From positions 543,930-607,929 of the forward strand of contig CAVXEB010000007.1 of the NCBI GenBank assembly GCA_963760735.1: 64,000 nucleotides of DNA. Reading direction: 5' to 3'. The notes below the pieces were generated by a model that was not told the DNA's origin, ran no database searches, and was given only the letters and a program-made list of their open reading frames with translations. Shown piece by piece: positions 1 through 9,588 of the stretch. Positions within the stretch are counted from its first letter, which is position 1. Every line of letters begins with the position of its first letter. Source of the DNA: an uncultured Chloroflexia bacterium. GTDB lineage: Bacteria > Chloroflexota > Limnocylindria > Limnocylindrales > CSP1-4. The position numbers and the translations under genes are program-made.

Positions 1-469
1 CGAGGTTGATCTCCGGCTGGCCGAACCGCGCATCCTCGCCCGCGACGATCAGGTCGCAGCTCATCGCGAGCTCGCAGCCGCCGCCGAGGGCGAACCCGCG
101 AACGGCCGCGACGAGCGGCTTGCGGATCGCGCTGATCCGGTCCCAGACGGCGAACCGGTCCTCGACCGTGAGCGTCACCGGCGTCTGGCGGGCGAGCTCC
201 CGGATGTCGGCGCCGGCGGCGAACGCCCGCTCGCCCGAGCCCGTGAGGACGATCACCCGGCAGGCCGGGTCGGTGTCGAGGGCGTCGAGGGCGTCGGCGA
301 GCGCATCGAGGAGATCGAAGCTCAGGGCGTTCAGGACGTCCGGGCGGCGGATCGTGACGAGGGCGACGCCACCGACGGGTCCGTCCGGCCCGGCGGCGGG
401 GACGGCGACGCTGACGAGCTGGTCGTCGGCCGGCTGGTCCCGAGCGGTCGGCGCGGTCTGGGTCAACAC
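1..469 (-). CDS. Enoyl-CoA hydratase/isomerase family protein (runs off window start)
   Basis: Manual translation gives KPLVAAVRGFALGGGCELAMSCDLIVAGEDARFGQPEINL (crotonase signature); GTG at 469 with GGAGG upstream. Confidence 0.9.
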   Translation of the reverse strand, partial: MLTQTAPTARDQPADDQLVSVAVPAAGPDGPVGGVALVTIRRPDVLNALSFDLLDALADALDALDTDPACRVIVLTGSGERAFAAGADIRELARQTPVTLTVEDRFAVWDRISAIRKPLVAAVRGFALGGGCELAMSCDLIVAGEDARFGQPEINL

Positions 470-545
470 GATCCCTCCGTCGGTGCCCACAGTAGCAGCG
501 GGCGACGCCCAGCGGAACCGATCCGACCTGGGTCGGGAACCCAAT

Positions 546-868
546 TCACGGCGGACCGGCGTCGTCCTCGAGCACGACCAGCGTCGACAGCCCCGGGGCG
601 ATCTCTCGCAGGTTTCGACCCGCCTGGCGCATCGCGTCGGATGCGAGCCCGGCGTCGAGCGCGGCCCGGTCGTCGAACTCCATCGCGGTGATCATGACCA
701 GGTCCGTGTCGCCCCCGAGCGCCTCCGCGACCCGCTGAACCCTGGTGGACCGCAGGCCCGGCGTCTGCGCGACGAGGGGCAGGTGCTCCGCGTGGTAGCG
801 CCGCAGGAACGTCGCGAGGGCGTCGTCGCGCCGACCGGGCGGCGGAAGAGTGCGAGCAGCGTGGTCAC
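546..868 (-). CDS. EthD family protein (frameshift near 830)
   Basis: MTTLLALFRRP in one frame joins FLRRYHAEHLPLVAQTPGLR...MEFDDRAALDAGLAS in another; GGAGG SD; GTGA overlap with upstream gene. Confidence 0.75.
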
Positions 869-1794
869 GATGAGTCCTCCTGACGGGCAGTGCGGCTCGC
901 ATCGGCGAGCCAGTCGCGATCGGATCGCTCGTCGTCGGGCGGGCCGCCGGCGAGCGGGTTGGGATCGGCGGTCGCGGCCGCCGCCGGCGTGGCGAGCGCC
1001 CGCGACCCCGTGCCGGCCTCGGCCCGCGCCGACGCGACCGCCTCGGTCGCCCGGAAGAACCCGGCCAGCGCCTCGTTGAACAGCGCGGGCTTTCGGGCCA
1101 TCACCTCGTGGCCGCACGCGGGTGCCACGAACAGCCGGCCGTCGGGCAGCTGCCGGCGCAGGCCCGAGGCGTGCTCGACCGGGGCGAACGGATCCCGGTC
1201 GCCGCAGACGACGAGGCTCGGTGCGTCGATCCGACGCAGGTCGCGCGGCGAGAGCAGCGGCTGGCTCGCGACATCCGCCGCGATCGCGGGGAGGAGGCGG
1301 CGCCACGCGCCCGCGCCCTGCCCGGCTTCGTGCCGGCGTCCCAGCAGGGCCGCCCAGGCCGGGTCGTCGCGATCGGCCCGGACCGGGTCCATCAGGCGCC
1401 GGGCGACCGACGCCCGCGGCTCGCGCTGGGTGGTGATCCCGACGGTCGTCATCGTCCGGAGTCGCTCCGGGTGGCGGACGCCGAACTGGAGCGCGGTCAT
1501 CGCCCCCATCGAGAACCCGACGACGTGGAACGTGTCGAGCCCGATCGCGTCGACGAACGCGGCGAGGTCGTCGACGAGCCAGTCATGGCGGAAGCCGTCC
1601 GCGGCGTCCCAGCGCGTGCCGCCGTGGCCGCGGGCGTCCGGGACGATGCACCGGAACCTACGGGAGAAGAGCGGGATCTGCGCGGCGAAGTCCTCCCGGC
1701 CGAGTGACGTCGCGCCGTGGAGGAGCAGGAGGGGCGGACCGGCACCCTGGGCCTCCCAGGCGATGTCGAGGCCGTTCGCCCGGATCGTCGGCAC
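865..1794 (-). CDS. Alpha/beta hydrolase
   Basis: GPPLLLLHG, PDARGHG, GFSMG nucleophile elbow, CGH; GTG at 1794 after AAGGAGG. Confidence 0.9.
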   Translation of the reverse strand: MPTIRANGLDIAWEAQGAGPPLLLLHGATSLGREDFAAQIPLFSRRFRCIVPDARGHGGTRWDAADGFRHDWLVDDLAAFVDAIGLDTFHVVGFSMGAMTALQFGVRHPERLRTMTTVGITTQREPRASVARRLMDPVRADRDDPAWAALLGRRHEAGQGAGAWRRLLPAIAADVASQPLLSPRDLRRIDAPSLVVCGDRDPFAPVEHASGLRRQLPDGRLFVAPACGHEVMARKPALFNEALAGFFRATEAVASARAEAGTGSRALATPAAAATADPNPLAGGPPDDERSDRDWLADASRTARQEDSS

Positions 1795-1878
1795 GCGCTG
1801 GCTCCTCCTTCCGTCCGCCGGCAAGTCTACGGTCACGCTCCGCGGGGCCGGTGCCGCAGCGGTATCGTCCGTTGGGCC

Positions 1879-2829
1879 TTGGCAAGGGGAACCCTCACCT
1901 CGCGCGCCTTCTCCGGTCCGGACGACCTCCGGATCCTGACCCGGATGCTCTCGGCGGCGTGGGCGGGCCCCACCCGGCCGCTCGTGTCCGCGACCCCCGG
2001 CGACCTCGAGTGGTGGACCGCCCAGGGCGGACCCGACCCCGACTGGCCCGGACGAATCCGGATCTGGGAGATCGGCGGGCACGCGGTCGGCTGGTGCTGG
2101 TTCAAACCGCCGGTTGAAGCCGACTGGTTCGTGGCGCCGGATCTCGCCATCCACGACGCCACGCACGTCCGGGATGAGATGCTCGCGTGGCACCGGCTCC
2201 AGGCGCTGCGTGGCGCCCGGGATCGCCCCCTCGCCGGCACGGACGACGGCGAGCCGCCGGCCCTCGAGCTGTGGGCGGCGGACGGCTGGCCCGACGCCGC
2301 GTTCCTCGCGGACCGCTCGTGGACCCCGGGCGGGGTCATGCTCACGCAGTACCACCAGGCGCTCGACGTCGAGCTCGACCCGCCACGGGTCCCCGACGGC
2401 TACCGGATCCGGACCCTGACGGGACCGGACGACATCCCGGCTCGCGTCGAGGTCCATCGGGCGGCATTCGCCCCGTCGAAGCTCACCATCGAGAAGTACG
2501 AGACCCTCGTCCGCCAGGACCACTACCGGTTCGACCGGGATCTCGTCATCGAGGCCCCGGATGGCTCGTTCGCGGCGTTCGCGATGTGCTGGGTCGACCC
2601 CGTCGGTTCCATCGGCGAGTTCGAGCCGGTCGGCGTCCACCCCGATCATCAGCGGCGCGGCCTCGGCAAGGTCGTGATGCGCGATGGCCTGCGCCTGATG
2701 CGGGCCGCGGGCGTCGGTGACGCGATCGTCTTCTCGCTCCGCTCGAACGCCGCATCGGAGGCGCTCTATCGATCGGCGGGTTTCCGGGAGCTGGCCGTTC
2801 ACCGCCGATACACGAAGCCGATCGCCTGA
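1879..2829 (+). CDS. GNAT family N-acetyltransferase
   Basis: C-terminal EPVGVHPDHQRRGLGK and NAASEALYRSAGF acetyl-CoA motifs; TTG start is approximate. Confidence 0.85.
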   Translation: MARGTLTSRAFSGPDDLRILTRMLSAAWAGPTRPLVSATPGDLEWWTAQGGPDPDWPGRIRIWEIGGHAVGWCWFKPPVEADWFVAPDLAIHDATHVRDEMLAWHRLQALRGARDRPLAGTDDGEPPALELWAADGWPDAAFLADRSWTPGGVMLTQYHQALDVELDPPRVPDGYRIRTLTGPDDIPARVEVHRAAFAPSKLTIEKYETLVRQDHYRFDRDLVIEAPDGSFAAFAMCWVDPVGSIGEFEPVGVHPDHQRRGLGKVVMRDGLRLMRAAGVGDAIVFSLRSNAASEALYRSAGFRELAVHRRYTKPIA

Positions 2830-2851
2830 GCCGGCCGCCTACAATCGCGTC

Positions 2852-4273
2852 ATGACGACGGAGCCCCGGGCGGCGACCCGCATCGAGCGTGACTCGATGG
2901 GCGAGATGGAGGTCCCGCTCGACGCGCTGTACGGCGCGTCCACGCAACGCGCCGTTCTGAACTTCCCGATCTCGGGCCAGCGGTTCCCGCGGCCGTTCAT
3001 CCGGGCGCTGGCCCTGATCAAGCGGGCCGCCGCCGAGACGAACGCCGACCTCGGGCTTCTCGATGCCGACGTCGCGGCCGCGATCGGCACTGCCGCGGCC
3101 GAGGTCGCCGAGGGGCGCCACGACCAGCAGTTCCCGATCGACGTCTACCAGACGGGATCCGGCACCTCGACGAACACCAATGCGAACGAGGTCATCGCCC
3201 ACCTCGCGACCGAGCGTCTGGCGGCCACCGGGAGCCCGACGAAGGTCCACCCGAACGACCACGTCAACAAGTGCCAGTCCTCGAACGACGTGATCCCGAC
3301 CGCGCTGCAGCTGTCCGCGGCGATGACGATCGGGGAGGCCCTGATCCCTGCCCTCGAGACGCTCCGCGCCGCGTTGGACGCGAAGGCCGACGAGCTGTGG
3401 CCGGTCGTGAAGACGGGCCGGACGCATCTCCAGGACGCAACCCCGATCCGGCTGGGCCAGGAGTTCCGCGGCTACGCCGGACAGGTCGAGGAGTCGATCC
3501 GGCGGGCCCGGTCGGCCCAGGCAGAGCTGCTCGTCGTGCCGCTCGGCGGGACGGCCGTCGGCACGGGGATCAACGCCCACCCGGACTACGCGCCCGGCGC
3601 GACCCGGCGGCTGTCGGCCCTGACCGGGCTCGACGTCCGCGAGACCGGCAACCACTTCCACGCCCAGGCGTCGCTGGACGCGGCGATCGCCGCCCACGGC
3701 GCGATCCGGACGATCGCCCTGTCGCTCTGGAAGATCGGCTCGGACCTGCGGTTGATGGGGATGGGGCCGCGGGCCGGGCTTGGCGAGATCGCCCTCCCCG
3801 AGACCCAGCCCGGTTCGTCGATCATGCCGGGCAAGGTGAACCCGGTGATCATCGAGAGCCTGACGATGGTCGTCGCGCGGGTGATCGGCAACGACGCGAC
3901 GGTTGCGTTCGGCCAGACCGGCTCGCTGCTCGAGCTGAACGTGATGCTGCCCGTGACCGCGGTCTCCCTCCTCGAGTCGATCGCGCTCCTCGCCGCGGCT
4001 GCCCGCAACCTCGCCGCTCGGGCGGTGGCCGGCCTGACGGCGACGGACCGCGGACCGGCGCTGGTCGAACAGGGCCTGATGCTCGCGACGGCCCTCGCCC
4101 CGGAGATCGGCTACGACGCCGCCGCGGCGCTCGCGAAGGAGGCCCTCAGGAGCGGCCGGACGATCCGCGAGATCGCAGCCGAGCGGGGCATCGCACCGGA
4201 TCGCCTCGATGAGCTGCTCGACCCGGCGGCCATGACGGAGCCGGGTCTCGGCGGCGGTCCCGCGGGCGGCTGA
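2852..4273 (+). CDS. fumC: Class II fumarate hydratase
   Basis: RIERDSMG, YQTGSGTSTN, HPNDHVN, KTGRTHLQDATP, GSSIMPGKVNP. Confidence 0.93.
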   Translation: MTTEPRAATRIERDSMGEMEVPLDALYGASTQRAVLNFPISGQRFPRPFIRALALIKRAAAETNADLGLLDADVAAAIGTAAAEVAEGRHDQQFPIDVYQTGSGTSTNTNANEVIAHLATERLAATGSPTKVHPNDHVNKCQSSNDVIPTALQLSAAMTIGEALIPALETLRAALDAKADELWPVVKTGRTHLQDATPIRLGQEFRGYAGQVEESIRRARSAQAELLVVPLGGTAVGTGINAHPDYAPGATRRLSALTGLDVRETGNHFHAQASLDAAIAAHGAIRTIALSLWKIGSDLRLMGMGPRAGLGEIALPETQPGSSIMPGKVNPVIIESLTMVVARVIGNDATVAFGQTGSLLELNVMLPVTAVSLLESIALLAAAARNLAARAVAGLTATDRGPALVEQGLMLATALAPEIGYDAAAALAKEALRSGRTIREIAAERGIAPDRLDELLDPAAMTEPGLGGGPAGG

Positions 4274-4285
4274 GACCCGACCGGA

Positions 4286-4960
4286 TCAGCCTCCGCAGCC
4301 GCGGGCGACGCGCGGCGGAATCAGGCCCGGCTGGCCGAGCACGACCGGCTGCGGGCCCTGGGTGATCTGGTTCGGCATGACGGTCAGGACGCCGTCGCGG
4401 TCGACCTCGATCGCCATCCGATCCATGCCGCGATCGGCCGGTCCGAGGCCCGCGGCCTTGATCCCGTGACCGTCGTAGCGCGACTGGTGGCACGGACAGT
4501 GGAACCAGAAATCCTCCACGCACGGGTTCGGCCGACAGCCGAGATGGGGACAGACCTGCGAGAGGACCCGGACGTTCAGGGCTGTCCCGTCGCCGGTGGA
4601 GTCGACTCCCGGCGTCCAGCCCCTCGCGGGATCGAGGGTCAGCACGAACGCATGCGCGTCGGGCACGTAGGCGGGGAACCCATCGGAGATGGGCAGGCTC
4701 GGGTTCGCGGCCGCCAGGTCGGCCAGCGTCCCGATCCGGACCCGCTTCGAAGCGGCGATCGACGACGGCCATCCGCCGCCAACGACGGCGGCAAGCGCCT
4801 CGACCCCGAGGACGCCGAGTCCGGCTCCGATCGACCGGCGCAGGAGCGAACGCCGCGAGAACCCGGCTGTCGGTCGGTTCCGGGTCCGGGCGATGGCTCG
4901 TGCCGCGATCAGGTCGTGGCCGTCATCCGGTTCGAGCGGGCCCGGCGTGCGAGCGCCCAT
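4286..4960 (-). CDS. Rieske [2Fe-2S] protein with Tat-like signal/anchor
   Basis: CPHLGC...CPCHQSRY boxes; FSRRSLL followed by a hydrophobic helix. Confidence 0.85.
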   Translation of the reverse strand: MGARTPGPLEPDDGHDLIAARAIARTRNRPTAGFSRRSLLRRSIGAGLGVLGVEALAAVVGGGWPSSIAASKRVRIGTLADLAAANPSLPISDGFPAYVPDAHAFVLTLDPARGWTPGVDSTGDGTALNVRVLSQVCPHLGCRPNPCVEDFWFHCPCHQSRYDGHGIKAAGLGPADRGMDRMAIEVDRDGVLTVMPNQITQGPQPVVLGQPGLIPPRVARGCGG

Positions 4961-4970
4961 CGGGTCGCGG

Positions 4971-5666
4971 TCAGCCGCCGGCCGGCGCGGGCTCGCCCAC
5001 GGACCGTGTGCGGAGGGCGAGGAGGCCGATCAGGATCCAGACGATCCCGAACGGGACCGCGACCAGCGCCTGGTCGTTCTCGGTGTTGAAGATGAACATC
5101 GGCAGCGCAGCGATCGCGAGGACGGCGCCGATCGGCCGCGACACGTCCGCGACGAGCGCGCCACCGTACACGATCGCGGCGATGAGGTAGCCGTAGAAGC
5201 CGATCACCATGACCGGCCACGGCAGGATCATCACGAGCGACAGGACCACCATCGCCGCCCCGCTCTTCGACATCGCCGGTGACGGTCGGGCGAGCGAGCG
5301 CTCGAGCGCGCATGCCGCAAGTCCGGTCAGGAGGGCGCCGAGCACGAGGAGCAGCATTGCACCGGTCGCGTCCCGGTAGCCGAACTCGTTATAGCGCGCG
5401 GTCTTCATCGCGAGGCCGCCAGCGGCCCACGCGCCACCACCGAGGACGCCCAGGATCGTCGCGGTGAACCGGCCCCAGCTGCGATCGTCGGAATCGACGG
5501 CCGCAGCGGTCTTGACGAGTTGCGGGTGCCGCCACGCATCCATGGCGCCGCGGATCAGGTCGAGGCGGTCGCCGACACCCGGCGGACGAGCCTCGAGGAG
5601 GTCGTTGACCTCCGCTTCGTATCGCTCTCTCCAGGCGGCCGGATACAGGCGCAACAGTCGGCTCAT
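4971..5666 (-). CDS. PadR-associated membrane protein
   Basis: N-terminal LLRLYPAAWRERYEAE motif typical of genes following PadR; about 5 TM segments; ATGA overlap. Confidence 0.75.
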   Translation of the reverse strand: MSRLLRLYPAAWRERYEAEVNDLLEARPPGVGDRLDLIRGAMDAWRHPQLVKTAAAVDSDDRSWGRFTATILGVLGGGAWAAGGLAMKTARYNEFGYRDATGAMLLLVLGALLTGLAACALERSLARPSPAMSKSGAAMVVLSLVMILPWPVMVIGFYGYLIAAIVYGGALVADVSRPIGAVLAIAALPMFIFNTENDQALVAVPFGIVWILIGLLALRTRSVGEPAPAGG

Positions 5667-5986
5667 GCCAGGTCCCCTCCGAGTCGCTCGAGCCCCGTCC
5701 GCAGGAACCCCTCGAGCTGGGCGAGCTGTGCTCGCAGGGTGGTGGCACCGAGGCCCGTCAGGCGGTACGGCCGCCGTCGCTCGTCGGGCTCCATCGCCTC
5801 GATCAGGCCGCGACGCTCGAGCCGCGCCAGCGCCCCGTACAACGTCCCGGGCCCGAGCGGCGACCCGGACATCGCCTCGACGTCCGTCATGATCGCGTAG
5901 CCGTGTCGCGGCCCCGAGCTCAACGAAACGAGGATGTAGAGCGACGGCTCCGCGAAGCGTCCGAGCTGGCCGACCGGCTCGTTCAT
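5663..5986 (-). CDS. PadR family transcriptional regulator
   Basis: GPRHGYAI, GPGTLYGALARLE, RRRPYRLTGLG. Confidence 0.9.
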   Translation of the reverse strand: MNEPVGQLGRFAEPSLYILVSLSSGPRHGYAIMTDVEAMSGSPLGPGTLYGALARLERRGLIEAMEPDERRRPYRLTGLGATTLRAQLAQLEGFLRTGLERLGGDLA

Positions 5987-6231
5987 GCATGACCCTCCGT
6001 GCCCGCGGTCAGACGATACGCCGCCCGGCCCTCACCGTTCGTCGTGCATTCGATCAGCCGGCCCCGTTCCAGCCTGGCGATTGCCGCGTAGAGCGAGCCC
6101 GGACCGATCGGCCCGTCGAGGCGGCGGACCTCGTCGAACAGGCCGGACGCCGGACGCGGTCCGTCGCGGAGCGCGACGAGGACGAGCCTCGCCGGCTCCG
6201 CGAACCGCCCGAACCCCCGTCGGTCGACCAC
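5983..6231 (-). CDS. Short divergent PadR-like regulator
   Basis: GRFAEP...GPGSLYAAIARLE...YRLT; paralog of the adjacent PadR. Confidence 0.75.
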   Translation of the reverse strand: MVDRRGFGRFAEPARLVLVALRDGPRPASGLFDEVRRLDGPIGPGSLYAAIARLERGRLIECTTNGEGRAAYRLTAGTEGHA

Positions 6232-6232
6232 C

Positions 6233-6799
6233 TCAGTCGGCCACGATCACGCCGCACGCGATCCGACCACCGCTGTTGCCGTTCGTGGCATCGGTGACCT
6301 GGTCGTCTTCGTTCGCGTGGATGATGAACGCACTGCCGACGGCGTTGACGGTCTGGTCGAACAGGGTCGTCGGCCCGTCGGTCAGGGTGACCCGGTCCGT
6401 CGTCGCGTCGAGATGCGCGACGCCGGCGCCGTTCACGATCAGGTTCGGCAGGTCGCCCGCGTGCGCCCCGGCGGGGTTCAGAAGCCCGTGCTTCAGCCCG
6501 AGCGGGTTGTAGTGGCCGCCGGCCGCGGCGAACGTCGGGCCGCAGGCCGCGACCGAGTGGATGTGGATGCCGTGGAGGCCAGGCGTCAGGCCCTTCACGT
6601 GGACGTTGACGTGGACCGTGCCCGCGCCGTCCTCGATGAGCTTCGCCCAGCCGATGACCGCACCGCCGGCGTCGACGAAGGTTGCACTCGCGTGCGTCGC
6701 ACCACCTCCGGCCATTGAGCTGCCGGCAAATGCCGCCGTCAGGGCCACCAGCGCGCCGAACGCCGCGATGCCCGTGAGGACCTTGCTCCGGGTCGTCAT
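6233..6799 (-). CDS. sodC: Cu/Zn superoxide dismutase family protein, exported
   Basis: HGIHIH, GGHYNP, KHG, HAGDLPN, IIH, GGRIACG; signal peptide; GGAGG SD. Confidence 0.9.
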   Translation of the reverse strand: MTTRSKVLTGIAAFGALVALTAAFAGSSMAGGGATHASATFVDAGGAVIGWAKLIEDGAGTVHVNVHVKGLTPGLHGIHIHSVAACGPTFAAAGGHYNPLGLKHGLLNPAGAHAGDLPNLIVNGAGVAHLDATTDRVTLTDGPTTLFDQTVNAVGSAFIIHANEDDQVTDATNGNSGGRIACGVIVAD

Positions 6800-6825
6800 G
6801 ACCCACCTCCGAGATGCTCGCCTGA

Positions 6826-6865
6826 TGATATACCGCGTGTCGATATATCGTGTGGCGATATATAC
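6826..6865. promoter_or_regulatory. Triple operator-like box upstream of the sodC-padR operon
   Basis: TGATATACCG (6826), CGATATATCG (6841, perfect palindrome), CGATATATAC (6856) at 15-bp spacing. Confidence 0.7.
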
Positions 6866-6945
6866 ACCCGGTGAGGGCGATGTCAAGAGGCGAGTCGCAG
6901 CCGCAGCCCGTCGGGCGACCGAGCCACGCCGCTACAATCGCCGCG

Positions 6946-7744
6946 ATGGCCACCACGCGACGATGGGACGGCGCCGCCGACCTGATCCCCGCCCCGACCG
7001 GCCGGCGGCCGCGCCCGGAGATCGTGGCGCTCCCGGCCACGTCCCTCCCGTCGCTCGGCGAGCTCTTCACGTTCATGCGCGACGCCGAGCTCCGCTTCGA
7101 CACGCTCCGGATGCGGATCGAGGAGGTGTCGTTCACGGTCGGGCGGCGAGCACACCGTGGTCTCGGACGTCGTCATCCGCCATCCCGACCAGGCGAAGGT
7201 CACGACGAGCGTCCCCGACCACGAGCCGCGTGGGAGCTACGACATCTGGATCTCCGACGGCGCGACGGTCCGGACGTGGAGCGGCGTCCATCGGCTCGGG
7301 ACGCAGCGACCGGTCCGGCGGACGCTCGTCGGCATCAGCGGGCCCGAGGCGCACGACCTGCCGGGCACGTCCAGGGTGTACCGGCCGCTCACGGACCTGC
7401 CGATGGAGACGCTGCCCGACACGTTCATCCATCCGGCGGGCTACTGCCAGAACGTGCTGTCGACCGGTGACTGCCGGATCGTCGGCCTCGACGAGGTCTC
7501 CGGGCGCGAGACGATCGTGGTCGAGTGCGACCACCCTCGGACGATCGAGATCACGGCCGACCGGCCGGACTTCCGGATCCGGATGGCGGTCGACCGCGCT
7601 GACGGGGTGATCCTCCGGCTCGAGGAATCGATCGGCGGCGTGGCCACCCGGGACGCCCGCGCCACCGAGTACGCGCCGAATGCCCCACTCGCCCCGAACG
7701 CGTTCGACTTCGTGTTCCCGGCCGGCGCGACGATGCTCTTCTGA
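6946..7744 (+). CDS. LolA-like/outer-envelope carrier-fold hypothetical protein (frameshift near 7140)
   Basis: Two ORF pieces join; YDIWISDGATV and terminal AFDFVFPAGA resemble LolA-fold proteins; TACAAT -10 upstream. Confidence 0.55.
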
Positions 7745-7768
7745 CGAGCACCTCCGTCGCCTGAATCG

Positions 7769-7796
7769 GAACGCCCGGCCGGTGGCGGGGCGTTCG
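7769..7796. terminator. Hairpin between convergent genes
   Basis: GAACGCCC...GGGCGTTC inverted repeat. Confidence 0.5.
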
Positions 7797-7818
7797 TCAT
7801 GTCGAGCGGGATCGGGCC

Positions 7819-9441
7819 TCAGGCCTCGGCGAGCTCCAGCTCGCGCTCGATGGCGGCCAGCTCCTCAGGCGAACCCTGGACCTTGGGGCCCTTGAACCAG
7901 TTCTTGGCCGATACGACCCACCATAGCGCGGCGCCACCCAACACGATCAGGAACACGACCGGGGTGTAGTTGAACGTGGTGATGTTGATCGGCTGCGCCT
8001 GGGGAAGGGTGAACAGGATCACGATCACGATCACCCAGATCGTCCCGAGGATCCCGATCGGACGGCTCCAGCGGCCCAGCGTCCAGGGCCCTTCCTGGAA
8101 TTTCGAGCCCGCCCGCACGCGGAGGAAGACGGGGGCGATGTAGGCGACGTACAGGCCGATGACCGCGATCGACGTCACGGCGGCGTACGCGACCGGGCTA
8201 TAGAGGTACGGCAACGCGAGGATGAACGCGCCGACGGCCGCCAGCCAGATCGAGTTCGTTGGCGTCCGCGTCCGCGGATTGATTCGGTGCCAGAAGCTCG
8301 CACCGGGGACGGCGCCGTCACGCGAGAATGCGTAGATCATCCGCGAGTTGGCCGTGACCGACGACATCCCGCAATAGAACTGGGCGCCGATCACGAGCAG
8401 CAGGACGATCAAGCCGCCGGTCTGGCCCACGGCGTCGATCCAGATCTGGACGGGCGGACCGGCGTTGGACAGCGAGGCCGCCGAGTCGAGCGCGTGCTGA
8501 TAGCCGGCGACCGCGTTCGGCGTCCCGTCAGGGCTGGGAAACACCGTCTCTGGGGTGATCCCGACGTTCATCGCGGTGAGCAGGATGAACCCCATGATCA
8601 CCGAGACGACGACCGAGAAGACGATGCCGCGCGGAGCGGACGTGTCGGCGTGGTGCGTCTCCTCCGACATGTGGGCGGACGCGTCGAACCCGGTCAGCGT
8701 GTACTGCGCGTTGAGCAGTCCGATGAGCATCACGTAGAGCGGGATCCCGAGGACGATCGGACCCGGCCATTGGGGGTTGTCGCCGCCACTGCCGGTGTTG
8801 TTCACGAACGTCGAGAAGACGGTCCCGATGTCGGTCCGACTGTGCTGGTTCAGAACGACGCAAACCAGCACGATCGCGGAGACGCCGACGACGTGCCACC
8901 AAACGGAAACGTCATTGAGCACCTTCACCAGCCGGATCCCGAACGTGTTCAGAAGCCCGTGGATGAACAGCACGATCGCGAGGATCAGGATCGTGACCGG
9001 CGGCGCCGTCGAAACGCCCCACACGATGTTCAGGAAGGCGTTGATGAAGAACGCCAGGCCGAAGTCGATGCCGGCCGTGACGGCGACCTGACCGACGAAG
9101 TTGAACCAGCCGACGAACCAGCTCCAGGCTGCGGGATTCCCGCCGGACTCGGGCGCCAGCTTGGCCGCCCAGTAGTACAGCCCGCCGGCCGTCGGATAGC
9201 TCGAGGCGACCTCGGCCATTCCGAGCGCGACGAGGGTCACGAAGAACCCCACCACGAGCCAACCCAGCGTCATCACCGCCGGGCCGCCGGTGTTCATGGC
9301 GAAGTAGAACAGCGTGAGGCAGCCCGACAGGATCGAGATGATCGTGAAAGAGACCGCGAAGTTGGAGAACGTCCGCATCCCGCGGCGGAGCTCCTGGGCA
9401 TATCCGAGCCGGTGCAGCTGCTCGGTGTCCGAACCTGCCAT
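7819..9441 (-). CDS. APC-family amino acid/amine permease
   Basis: LGYAQELRR, FSNFAVSF, SSYPTAGGLY, GFDASAHMSEE, SRDGAVP; about 12 TM. Confidence 0.92.
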   Translation of the reverse strand: MAGSDTEQLHRLGYAQELRRGMRTFSNFAVSFTIISILSGCLTLFYFAMNTGGPAVMTLGWLVVGFFVTLVALGMAEVASSYPTAGGLYYWAAKLAPESGGNPAAWSWFVGWFNFVGQVAVTAGIDFGLAFFINAFLNIVWGVSTAPPVTILILAIVLFIHGLLNTFGIRLVKVLNDVSVWWHVVGVSAIVLVCVVLNQHSRTDIGTVFSTFVNNTGSGGDNPQWPGPIVLGIPLYVMLIGLLNAQYTLTGFDASAHMSEETHHADTSAPRGIVFSVVVSVIMGFILLTAMNVGITPETVFPSPDGTPNAVAGYQHALDSAASLSNAGPPVQIWIDAVGQTGGLIVLLLVIGAQFYCGMSSVTANSRMIYAFSRDGAVPGASFWHRINPRTRTPTNSIWLAAVGAFILALPYLYSPVAYAAVTSIAVIGLYVAYIAPVFLRVRAGSKFQEGPWTLGRWSRPIGILGTIWVIVIVILFTLPQAQPINITTFNYTPVVFLIVLGGAALWWVVSAKNWFKGPKVQGSPEELAAIERELELAEA

Positions 9442-9588
9442 CCCTTCCTCCATTCGTCGCATCTGACGATTCCCGGGACGCGGGGACTCCCCGTTCGCAA
9501 CAATAGGCTTGGCCGAATGGGGCGCACAAGGCGATGACGCGGTGGGTGGGCCCACGAACTCGGGCCCGTCCGGCGTCGGAGGTGGGCG

